In this document: positions 14,440 through 26,160 of the stretch, in pieces
Position numbering within the stretch: position 1 is the first letter of the stretch
Layout: each line of letters starts with the position of its first letter
Source of the DNA: Eledone cirrhosa
Taxonomy: Eukaryota
Reading direction: 5' to 3'
Assembly: GCA_964016885.1 (NCBI GenBank)
Contig: OZ024757.1
Coordinates: forward strand, 16,616,001-16,680,000
Length of the DNA stretch: 64,000 nucleotides
Translations under genes and position numbers: made by a program
Notes under the pieces: generated by a model
The model's database searches: none
Told to the model about the DNA's origin: nothing
What the model saw: only the letters and a program-made list of their open reading frames with translations

Positions 14440-14560
14440 GTGTGTGTGTGTGTATATCGCTTTTCTCTATTTTTTCCACTCACCCTCCTTCTGTCCACAC
14501 ACTCACTCTCTCTCTCTCTCTCACACAATGTATATATATGATATATATATATATATAATA
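14130..14560. repeat. Local ~220 bp tandem duplication of a microsatellite-flanked segment
   Basis: ATATCGCTTTTCTCTATTTTTTCCACTC...CACAATGTATATATATG at ~14239 and ~14454. Confidence 0.85.
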
Positions 14561-14594
14561 TATATATCATATATTTTATATATATATATATATA

Positions 14595-14777
14595 TGGATT
14601 GGCAGTATCGGTAGAGAGTCGGACGCCATGCTTTGAAGCATGGAATTACGTCCCTTTACAGTCTGAGTTCAAATCCCGCTGATGTTAACTTTGCCTTTCA
14701 TCCTTACGAGGTCGATAGAATAAAATACCAGTAATACACTGGGTAATTGCTGGCCTTGTGCCAAAAATAGAAACAAT

Positions 14778-14780
<3 letters not shown>
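14595..14780 (+). mobile_element. SINE family 1 copy
   Basis: Homology to 818-1012. Confidence 0.9.
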
Positions 14781-14811
<31 letters not shown>

Positions 14812-14814
14812 TGA

Positions 14815-14862
14815 GATTCTACGGGACTAGAACTGTTTCATTCTTTAGAAATCATCAGGAAT
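14815..14862 (-). mobile_element. Family B hammerhead-bearing fragment
   Basis: TTCTACGGGACTAGAACTGTTTCATTC..AGAAATCATCAGGAA. Confidence 0.65.
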
Positions 14863-14869
14863 CAGATTC

Positions 14870-14971
14870 ATTACGATCATCATCATCATCATCATCATAA
14901 CCATCACCATCAACGCCAACGTCATCATCATCAACACCATTACGATCATCATCATCATCAACACCATTACG

Positions 14972-15012
<41 letters not shown>

Positions 15013-15733
15013 AACCATCCTTACCGTCACCATCGACCCCGTCACCAATTAACATCGTCCCCAACATCATCACAACCCAACCATCATCGTCAAGATCAAC
15101 AGTACCATCATAGCCAACACTAGGAGCACCATCGCCGCCGCCACCACCACCACCATCGCCGCCACCACCACCACCACCACCATTACCACCGTCACCACCA
15201 CCAACAACAACATCACCACCACCACCACCACCACCACCATTACCACCGTCACCACCACCAACAACAACATCACCAACACCACCACCATCACAACCACCAC
15301 CACCACCACCACCACCACCACCATCACCTCCACCACCACCACCACCACCACCACCACCACCACCACCACCACAACTACCATCACCACCATCACCGTCACC
15401 ACCACCACAACTACCACCGTCACCACCACCAACAATAACATCACCACCACCACCACCACCACCATCACCACCACCATCATCACCACCACCACCACCACAA
15501 CTACCACCGTCACTACCACCAACAACAACACCACCACCACCACCACCATCACCACCACCACCACCACCACCACCACCACCACCACCACCACCACCACCAC
15601 CACCACCACCATCACCACCACCACCACCACCATCACCACCACCACCATCACCACCACCACCACAACTACCATCACCACCGTCAACACCACCACCACCACC
15701 ACAACTACCATCACCACCGTCACCACCACCACC

Positions 15734-15765
<32 letters not shown>

Positions 15766-16710
15766 CAGTGTCTTGTTGTAAAGACGGGAAGGAATGGTTG
15801 GTGAACTCGACAAGATGTCTGTTAAGAAGGTGAGGGACGAGATATCCGTGATGTGAAGTCACGGACTTATTCTATGGTTTGAGAACTTTACAACTGGGGG
15901 GCGGGGGGGTTGTTGTTGTTGGTGGTGGTGGTGGTGTTGACGGTGGTGATGGTGGTTGTGGTGGTTGTTGTGGTGGTGGTGGTGGTGATGGTAGTTGTGG
16001 TGGTGGTGGTGGTGGTGGTGGTGGTAGTTGTGGTGGTGGTGGTGGTGGTGGTGGTGGTGGTGGTGGTGGTGGTGATGGTAGTTGTGGTGGTGGTGGTGGT
16101 GGTGATGATGGCGGTGATGGTGGTAGTTGTGGTGGTGGTGGTGGTGGTAGTTGTGGTGGTGGTGGTGGTGGTGGTGGTGGTGATGGTAGTTGTGGTGGTG
16201 GTGGTGGTGGTGATGATGGCGGTGATGGTGGTAGTTGTGGTGGTTGTGGTGGTTGTTGTGGTGGTGGTGGTGGTGGTGGTGGTGATGATGGTTGTGGTGA
16301 TGGTGGTGGTGGTGGTGATGTTATTGTTGTTGGTGGTGACGGTGGTAGTTGTGGTGGTGGTGGTGGTGATGGTGGTGGTGGTGGTGGTGATGTTGTTGTT
16401 GGTGGTGGTGACGGTGGTAATGGCGGTGGTGTTGGTGGTGATGTTGTTGTTGGTGGTGGTGTTGCTGTTGTTGTTGTTGTTGTTGGTGGTGGTGGTAGTG
16501 GTTGTGATGGTGGTGGTGGTGGTGTTGCTGTTGCTGTTGTTGGTGGTGGTGGTAGTGGTAGTGGTGGTGATGGTGGTGGTGGTGGTGGTGTTGCTGTTGT
16601 GTCTGCTGTTGTTGTTGGTGGTGGCGGTGGTGGGGATAGTGGTGGTGATAGTGGTGTTGTTGCTGTTGTTGTTGTTGGTGGTGGTGGTGGTGCTGTTGTT
16701 GTTGCTGTTG
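14870..16710. repeat. Inverted pair of complex (CAC)n / (GGT)n triplet fields around a ~140 bp unique spacer
   Basis: Both arms share the same variant blocks (read as DVIV.GGDGGSC and DVVVGGGDGGNGG) in opposite orientation. Confidence 0.8.
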
Positions 16711-17135
16711 TGTCTGCTGTTGCTGCTGCTGTTATCGTTGTTGTTTCTGCTTTTGTTGTGCTGCTGTTGTTGTTGATGGTGGTGGTGGTGGTGCTGCTGT
16801 TGTGTCTGCTGTTGCTGCTGCTGTTATCGTTGTTGTTTCTGCTTTTGTTGTGCTGCTGTTGTTGTTGATGGTGGTGGTGGTGGTGCTGCTGTTGTGTCTG
16901 CTTTTGCTGCTGCTGTTATCGTTGTTGTTTCTGCTTTTGTTGTGCTGCTGTTGTTGTTGATGGTGGTGGTGGTGGTGCTGCTGTTGTGTCTGCTGTTGCT
17001 GCTGCTGTTATCGTTGTTGTTTCTGCTTTTGTTGTGCTGCTGTTGTTGTTGATGGTGGTGGTGGTGGTGCTGCTGTTGTGTCTGCTGTTGCTGCTGCTGT
17101 TATCGTTGTTGTTTCTGCTTTTGTTGTGCTGCTGT
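16711..17135. repeat. 92-bp tandem repeat, ~4.6 copies
   Basis: TGTCTGCT anchor at 16711, 16803, 16895, 16987, 17079. Confidence 0.9.
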
Positions 17136-17244
17136 TGCTGTTGGTGTTGTTGTTGCTGCTGTTGTTGTTGCTACTGTTGTTATTGTAAAATAGTTAAACA
17201 GCTGCTGCTGCTGTGTTGCTGCTACTGCTGCTGTTAAAAAACAG

Positions 17245-19800
17245 TTAAACAGCTGTTGCGGCTGTTGTTGTTGGTAGTGCTGCTGCTGTTGTTGTTGATG
17301 CTGCTGTTGTTGTTGGTAGTGCTGCTGCTGTTGGTGTTGTTGCTGCTGTTGTTGTTGGTAGTTCTGCTGCTGTTGGTGTTGTTGCTGCTGTTGTTGTTGG
17401 TAGTGCTGCTGCTGTTGGTGTTATTGCTGCTGTTGTTGTTGGTAGTGCTGCTGTTGTTGGTGTTGTTGCTGCTGTTGTTGTTGGTAGTGCTGCTGTTGTT
17501 GGTGTTGTTGCTGCTGTTGTTGTTGGTAGTGCTGCTGCTGTTGGTGTTGTTGCTGCTGTTGTTGTTGGTAGTGCTGCTGTTGTTGGTGTTATTGCTGCTG
17601 TTGTTGTTGGTAGTGCTGCTGTTGTTGGTGTTGTTGCTGCTGTTGTTGTTGGTAGTGCTGCTGCTGTTGGTGTTGTTGCTGCTGTTGTTGTTGGTAGTGC
17701 TGCTGTTGTTGGTGTTGTTGCTGCTGTTGTTGTTGTTGGTAGTGCTGCTGCTGTTGGTGTTGTTGCTGCTGTTGTTGTTGGTAGTGCTGCTGTTGTTGGT
17801 GTTGCTGCTGCTGGTGTTGGTGTTGTTGCTGTTGTTGGTGTTGTTGCTGCTGTTGTTGTTGGTGTTGTTGCTGCTGTTGGTGTTGTTGCTGCTGTTGTTG
17901 GTGTTGTTGCTGCTTTTGTTGCTGCTGTTGTTGGTGTTGTTGCTGCTGTTGTTGGTGTTGTTGCTGCTTTTGTTGCTGCTGTTGTTGGTGTTGCTGCTGC
18001 TGGTGTTGGTGTTGTTGCTGTTGTTGGTGTTGTTGCTGCTGTTGTTGTTGGTAGTGCTGCTGTTGTTGGTGTTGTTGCTGCTGGTGTTGGTAGTGCTGCT
18101 GTTGTTGGTGTTGCTGCTGTTGTTGTTGGTGTTGTTGCTGTTGTTGGTGTTGTTGCTGCTGTTGTTGGTGTTGTTGCTGCTTTTGTTGCTGCTGTTGTTG
18201 GTGTTGTTGCTGCTGGCGTTGGTGTTGTTGCTGTTGTTGGTGTTGTTGCTGCTGTTGTTGTTGGTAGTGCTGCTGTTGTTGGTGTTGTTGCTGCTGGTGT
18301 TGGTAGTGCTGCTGTTGTTGGTGTTGCTGCTGTTGTTGTTGGTGTTGTTGCTGTTGTTGGTGTTGTTGCTGCTGTTGTTGGTGTTGTTGCTGCTTTTGTT
18401 GCTGCTGTTGTTGGTGTTGTTGCTGCTGTTGTTGTTGGTGTTGTTGCTGTTGTTGGTGTTGTTGCTGCTGTTGTTGGTGTTGTTGCTGCTTTTGTTGCTG
18501 CTGTTGTTGGTGTTGTTGCTGCTTTTGTTGCTGCTGTTGTTGGTGTTGTTGCTGCTGCTGTTGTTGGTGTTGTTGCTGTTGTTGGTGTTGTTGCTGCTGT
18601 TGTTGGTGTTGTTGCTGCTTTTGTTGCTGTTGTTGTTGGTGTTGTTGCTGCTGTTGTTGGTGTTGTTGCTGCTGTTGTTGTTGGTGTTGTTGCTGTTGTT
18701 GGTGTTGTTGCTGCTTTTGTTGCTGCTGTTGTTGGTGTTGTTGCTGCTTTTGTTGCTGCTGTTGTTGGTGTTGTTGCTGCTGTTGTTGTTGGTGTTGTTG
18801 CTGTTGTTGGTGTTGATGTTGTTGTTGGTGTTGTTGCTGCTGTTGTTGTTGGTAGTGCTGCTGTTGTTGGTGTTGTTGCTGCTGGTGTTGGTGTTGTTGC
18901 TGTTGTTGGTGTTGTTACTGCTGTTGTTGTTGGTAGTGCTGCTGTTGTTGGTGTTGTTGCTGCTGTTGTTGGTGTTGTTGCTGTTGTTGGTGTTGTTGCT
19001 GCTGTTGTTGGTGTTGTTGCTGCTTTTGTTGCTGCTGTTGTTGGTGTTGTTGCTGCTGGTGTTGGTGTTGTTGCTGTTGTTGGTGTTGTTGCTGCTGTTG
19101 TTGTTGGTGTTGCTGCTGTTGTTGGTGTTGTTGCTGCTGTTGTTGGTGTTGTTGCTGCTTTTGTTGCTGCTGTTGTTGGTGTTGTTGCTGCTGGTGTTGG
19201 TGTTGTTGCTGCTTTTGTTGCTGCTGTTGTTGGTGTTGTTGCTGCTGGTGTTGGTGTTGTTGCTGTTGTTGGTGTTGTTGCTGCTGTTGTTGTTGGTAGT
19301 GCTGCTGTTGTTGGTGTTGTTGCTGCTGGTGTTGGTGTTGTTGCTGTTGTTGGTGTTGTTGCTGCTGTTGTTGTTGGTGTTGTTGCTGTTGTTGGTGTTG
19401 TTGCTGCTGTTGTTGGTGTTGTTGCTGCTTTTGTTGCTGCTGTTGTTGGTGTTGTTGCTGCTGGTGTTGGTGTTGTTGCTGGTGTTGTTATTGTTGTGAA
19501 ATAGTTAAACATCTGCTGCTGTTGATGTTGTTGTTGCTGCTGTTGTTTTGTCCTGCTGTTGCTGCTGTTGGTGTTGGTGGTACTGTTGCTGTTGTTGGTG
19601 TTGCTGTTGTTGTAATATGGCTGACAGCAACATAGTTAAACAACTGTTGATGCTGCTGCTGCTGCTGCTGCTGCTGCTGTAATATGGCTGCCAGTGCTGT
19701 TGTTACTGCTGCTGCCGTTGCGACTGTTGCTGCTGTTGGTGTTTTTGCTACTGCTGCTGCTGCTGTTATTGCTGTTCTTGTTACTGTTGCTGCTGCTGCT
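17245..19800. repeat. GTT/GCT/GGT triplet-derived minisatellite (mucin-like TTPTTAA frame on minus strand)
   Basis: Mixed ~18-30 bp units; open frames on both strands are expected from composition. Confidence 0.85.
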
Positions 19801-19888
19801 GATTATACTCATGATGCATTACTCCGTCGAAAAGTACATGCTTTTACTTTTGTATGAGTGTATGCGCATGCGTGTATGTATATCTCTG

Positions 19889-19974
<86 letters not shown>

Positions 19975-20046
19975 CCTTCTCTGGATTGCAACTTTTTAGA
20001 AAACGTACCATTCGGCTATGGCCTATTCTCAGATAAAAAAAATGTG

Positions 20047-20103
<57 letters not shown>

Positions 20104-21300
20104 ATAAGGATCAATTGATGGATACATACATACACACGCACACACACACACATGCATGTGCCTAAATGTGTGTGGATAATAAATACATACATACAAGCAA
20201 GATGTACTCCAACAGTACACACAAGAATTTATGTAAAAGCAAAACAATTTTTACTGAGAATGCGCAATAAAAGAACGAATAAAAAAACAATAATTCGAAC
20301 AACGACAGCAATGTGAAGAATAGTGAACAGAATTGGTGAATTTCAAATATATTCTTCTTCTCTTCTCTTCTCTTCTTCTTGAGTCATCTCTCCTTTGAAG
20401 CTGAAGCACTCATTTTGTTTTTTTCCAATGGCTGGACTATATGTAACTCGCCACACCTGCATACTCATATATTTCTCTGCTAACTGGAGCAGTTGTTCCA
20501 ACCCATTGTCAAATTAATAGTCAATCATCTGAGAAGCGACTGGTGTTCACCACTCTGTGGTCATCTAATTAAACTGATGATCATGTCATGTGCTACTGTT
20601 TACTATAAAAAAAAAAAAAGGCAGGATTTTTGTTGACGCTTACTCCTCTAGATCTGACCTGTTCTGCTAGACTATACTATTTTAGCAGTATTAGTTATAG
20701 ATGTTATTGAGATACGAGAGACATAATAATGATTTCAACAGCAGAAATTAGAGATGAAATATATGTTTATTTTTGATGTAGCACAAACAATGGTGTGGTA
20801 CAGAGGCTGGTTTCTGGCGTGTGATCAGTCGGCTTTTCAGTGGCTGTCTGTTTTTTCTTTCTCGCGTTCTCAACCAGCGTTGTTCTATCAAGAGGCGTGA
20901 GGCGTCTTACTACACTATGATAGCCATAACAGAGGAACCTGGTGAAGTGTGTGGCTTTTCACCATGCTCGTCGATCTTCGAACTGAGAGAAGCTAAGAGT
21001 TCAGTTTGAATGAGCATATTTTATATAAAGATAATTAATATAATCCCAAAGAGAGGAAATTGGAACATTATCCACTGAAAGTTCCTTAAACCCCAATGAA
21101 GGGACTTTTAGGTCCCGGAATATTGGATAGATTAAAGTACAACAAAACAAAACAAAACAAAGATGACCAGGTAACTTACTTTCCCTTTTCGTTACCTCAT
21201 CTTACTGTCCCTTTTGCATTGTTTATCCTTCTATCTCAACATTAATTTGCATATATCATAAAAATGTCACTATCATATATTTATATATATATATATATAT

Positions 21301-21463
21301 GATATGTTGATTTAAAACTGAACTATTCATAAGTGTTTTTTAACCTTCATGTCATGTCTCCCTATTTTATCTGACGAAAACGCAAATGTCATCTCATGGT
21401 AATATTTGTTTTTGAAATGCGCATAATAAAATACATGGAACTCTTTTAACCATCTTTTGATCT

Positions 21464-21466
<3 letters not shown>
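21301..21466 (+). mobile_element. Family C mini-element with intact type I hammerhead (21363-21433)
   Basis: tattttat-CTGACGA-long stem II-GAAA-TGCGCA-TA-ataaaata; perfect 8-bp stem I; TA-flanked. Confidence 0.85.
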
Positions 21467-21521
<55 letters not shown>

Positions 21522-21731
21522 ATATTATATTAGGTATGAATCGAAGTTGTAGCTGAAATATAACAGGTACTAAGCGAGGTATATATATATATGTATGAAT
21601 GTATATATATATAAATATATATATATATAGCTTTCTGTATTTATCGTTGTTATGGTATATGTATGACCACTGCCTACGGTCGCTTTTCTTGGTGTCACAC
21701 TTTTAAACAGTTATGTTTACTCTAGACGGTA

Positions 21732-22628
<897 letters not shown>

Positions 22629-22992
22629 CGAACACCCTTTCTTTGGAACATGGTGTATCGCAGGCATAGTTTTATCCGAGTTTAATCGAATGTTAGTTTT
22701 AGGTTGAAAAAGATTTTCCTGTTTTTTTAAACCCCCCTACCACCACCACCACCCCCCTCTGTTACAAGCAGTTACAAACTGTGATGGTCCTTTGTCACCT
22801 CTGTAATGCAGACATACATGGTCTCGTAACTCATGGTGGTGTCGTAGGAATTCCGTTTTAACATACGGTGTTTCTAGGGTATTTTTTATACCTGTCATCG
22901 GCCATATCTTCTCTAGGACTGAATACAGCAGATTTCTTCCAAAGAAGGATAGGGTATGAGAGAATGGAAATGATAAACAGATATTAAAGGAA

Positions 22993-23152
22993 GAATCGAC
23001 CCCACTAGTTAACTGGTACTTTTTTATCGACTGCGAATGGATGAAAGGCAAAGTTGACCTCGGCGGGATTTAAATTGAGAGAGCAGAAAGTCGGCATGAA
23101 TACCATAAAGCATTCTATACGTCGCTCTAACGACTCAGCCAATTCGCCGCCC
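22993..23152 (-). mobile_element. Old diverged SINE family 1 relative
   Basis: AAATCCCGCCGAGGTCAACTTTGCCTTTCATCC...GTCGATAAAAAGTACCAGT on minus strand. Confidence 0.7.
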
Positions 23153-23602
23153 GTCTCTGTAATTCAAGCTTCTAAATCAAACATGGACTGGCCCGATTTT
23201 CTGGGATACGATCTAGAAAGCAAATATGATAGCCATTTTCTTTCTGTTAATTATTCTGTTAATATATTCTTTTACGCTTTTACTCGTTTTAGTCATTTGA
23301 CGCAAGCCATATTGCTTTTCTTGTTTGTTTTTTTTAATCAATCATATCGACACCAGTACATATTTTTCAAGCCTGGTACTTATTTTATCGATCTCATTTT
23401 TTACTCGTGGCGCTAAGTTACGTACACATATTATGAACTGAACAATAGCTCGTTGGTGGTGTTTGTAAATGGAGTGGTGTTAAAATGGACATATGGAAAA
23501 TATGACAAACTATTCACACTTTTCTGAAACAGTCATCACTAAAAGGTGCAAAAATGATTCACAGTTTATAACAAGGATACTTAAACGACGCCATTATATA
23601 TA

Positions 23603-23673
<71 letters not shown>

Positions 23674-23688
23674 TACATATATATATTT

Positions 23689-23721
<33 letters not shown>

Positions 23722-23746
23722 AATGTATATATATATATATATATAA

Positions 23747-23811
<65 letters not shown>

Positions 23812-24075
23812 TAAGATGGAAGGGAAAAGGTGATGAAGGAACTTGGTTGTTTCATTCTCACACATTTTCTGAATAATATTGTATTACCTGTTGCTAAGAT
23901 ATTAACACGAAGCAGCCAAATAGAGTTTGACATTTTCGCCAAAATCTGGCAAAAGACGCAGCTTGAGATTTTCTCTTTTTTAATATTATTTTCTTAGAAG
24001 AAGCCCAAATGATAGTGACATTAGTTCATTATTGAATTATGTTCATCTTTCTAAAGCTTCATCTCTCTGTGTATG

Positions 24076-24117
<42 letters not shown>

Positions 24118-24318
24118 GATAGAGTAAGACACGCTTCGCATCGGCTCCGCTATTCCATCGGGATTTACCCTTACTATTGTAAGTACCGGATAAATTTTTT
24201 AGTGCAACACATTTGGAACACTAACCCCTGTTATTTAGGGAAACATTTTTGCATTTACCCCCTTTTTAGGGGGTAAAATAAATATCTATTTTTGCCGAAA
24301 AATTTCTTTCTTGGCAGC

Positions 24319-25707
24319 ATGGCGGAAAAGATGGCAGACATGTCTGCCATTAGCTCTGCCACGCCCCCCAAGTCTGAAGAACAAAAAATAATTACAACAA
24401 AATTAGACATTGAAACAAACAAACAAAATGAAAAAACAAATGTTAAGGAAAATGAGCAAACCGAAAACAAACAAACAGAAAATAATACAAATAACGACAG
24501 GGCAACTTTCGCCCAGAAAACAAAGCAATCCATTACATACACACCAATTGACCTAACTGCCGCCAGAGAAAAACTGGCCGAAGCAAAGAAACATATTGTT
24601 TTGGGGGAAAACGGAATGTTTTCCATTAACTCCCCCCCAGAATTCAAGAAAGCCAGAGCAGAAAACACAGTTATATACAGAACTATACTAAACCAGTCAA
24701 GAAAGCCAGCACAGCCCAGCCAAATGGAAATAGAGTTAGTCCTAAAAGACTACATGAAGAATATTCTCTTCATACGAAAGGACCGACTCTATGGCAGCAT
24801 TTCGGTCCTAACAAGAGACAAAGAAACGGCGGTTCAGCTTTCCCTAAGCCCACTCTCGTCGACAACATATAGCTTCTATCCCTCCTACATGGGTAGAAGA
24901 ACACAGAGGGTAAAAGTAAAAACAATGCTGCCCACAATGGACTTCTGGTGGGCTATTGCTGGCTTCATTGATATGGGCGAAGACACTATGCTGTCAATGG
25001 GGAAGGCAACTGGAGATGCGTTCCTGGGAATGGGCCTCGACATACTAGTCCAAATGAGGCCCGAAAGAATAGCACAAATCCCGGATCGCATCTGGCTGGA
25101 TGACCTTACCCCAATAGACATAATTGTAGAGGGGAGAAGACCAGCATGCTATTTATGCATGGAAAGGGGACACGTTAAGGCTAACTGCCCGAAACGTATC
25201 CCCCAAAAAGGACTATTGCCCACACCCACCACAAACAGTACACCAGCACCACCCACCTCCAAAAATACACTAATACCACACACAGCAAACAAAATACAGA
25301 CACCACCAACCACAAACACAACACAAACATCACCACCACCAGCACCAAACACAAGCACGACACAAAAATCACCACCACCAACCACAACACAAACATCACC
25401 ACCACCATTACCAACCACAAGCACGACACAAACATTACCACCACCACCACCACAAAACCCATTCCAAACAAATAATAAAAAAAACAGTAACAAATCTACC
25501 CCTCCCGCAAAAAAAAAACAACCACACAACACGTCCCTCCCACCTAGCGCTGAAGAGTTTCCCCCAACTTCTGAAGAAGAAGGAGGAGAAGCCTTCAGAC
25601 AAGTTAAAAGAAAAAAAAAGAAAACACACACCCAGCACACCACAAATAACCCACACACAAACACCAACTCCAATCAAAAACACCCCACCCTCAACAAACA
25701 AAAATAA
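24319..25707 (+). CDS. LINE ORF1 gag-like nucleic-acid-binding protein (N-terminal part)
   Basis: CCHC knuckle CYLCMERGHVKANC followed by Pro/Thr-rich tail; first in-frame ATG at 24319. Confidence 0.85.
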   Translation: MAEKMADMSAISSATPPKSEEQKIITTKLDIETNKQNEKTNVKENEQTENKQTENNTNNDRATFAQKTKQSITYTPIDLTAAREKLAEAKKHIVLGENGMFSINSPPEFKKARAENTVIYRTILNQSRKPAQPSQMEIELVLKDYMKNILFIRKDRLYGSISVLTRDKETAVQLSLSPLSSTTYSFYPSYMGRRTQRVKVKTMLPTMDFWWAIAGFIDMGEDTMLSMGKATGDAFLGMGLDILVQMRPERIAQIPDRIWLDDLTPIDIIVEGRRPACYLCMERGHVKANCPKRIPQKGLLPTPTTNSTPAPPTSKNTLIPHTANKIQTPPTTNTTQTSPPPAPNTSTTQKSPPPTTTQTSPPPLPTTSTTQTLPPPPPQNPFQTNNKKNSNKSTPPAKKKQPHNTSLPPSAEEFPPTSEEEGGEAFRQVKRKKKKTHTQHTTNNPHTNTNSNQKHPTLNKQK

Positions 25708-26155
25708 ATCTGCGCCTCCCCTCTCCGAAACATTGACAGCATCACAAAAAAAGACGTTGCAATACACATATATAAATAAAGAAAACAAAAAACTGGTTAA
25801 ATTAATAAACAATAACCCTATGGTGCAGACCGAAGGGCCAAACTTTATCTCAACAGAGAACTTCACCCATTTAAAAATGATAAAGGTCCCTCTGGACCTT
25901 TATCGTTCCTTAAAAGAACAATTTAGACGGGACGTGAGCCCCCCCTGTTTAAAACCGTTGAATCGCGTCCTCTTGAAAGATTTCCCCATAACCGCCCCTC
26001 TCCCTGACACAACTCCAAATACCCCAACCCCACCACACACGTGTACCCCCACACCACCACAAAACATCCCTCCACCCAACACACCTGATGCCATGGAAAT
26101 TACACAACCCGGAGAGGTAAGTGCTTTTCTTTCTTCACTTTCAACACCAAAATAG
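25620..26155 (+). CDS. Probable frameshifted C-terminal continuation of ORF1
   Basis: The +1 frame (listed ORF 25733-26155) is open back through the A-run at 25611-25619 and stops 5 nt before ORF2. Confidence 0.55.
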
Positions 26156-26160
26156 ATCAA

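Noticed and set aside
14855-17237. Gly-rich or Val-rich structural protein genes
   Set aside because: Stop-free because of triplet composition; non-ATG starts; adjoining 92-bp repeat shifts frame each unit
20821-21009. Short ORF or possible host exon in unique sequence
   Set aside because: No recognisable protein motif; weak splice signals
26117-26155. GTAAGT...pyrimidine...TAG 39-nt mini-intron at the ORF1/ORF2 junction
   Set aside because: Removal keeps the ORF1 frame and reaches TGA two codons later; does not fuse to ORF2
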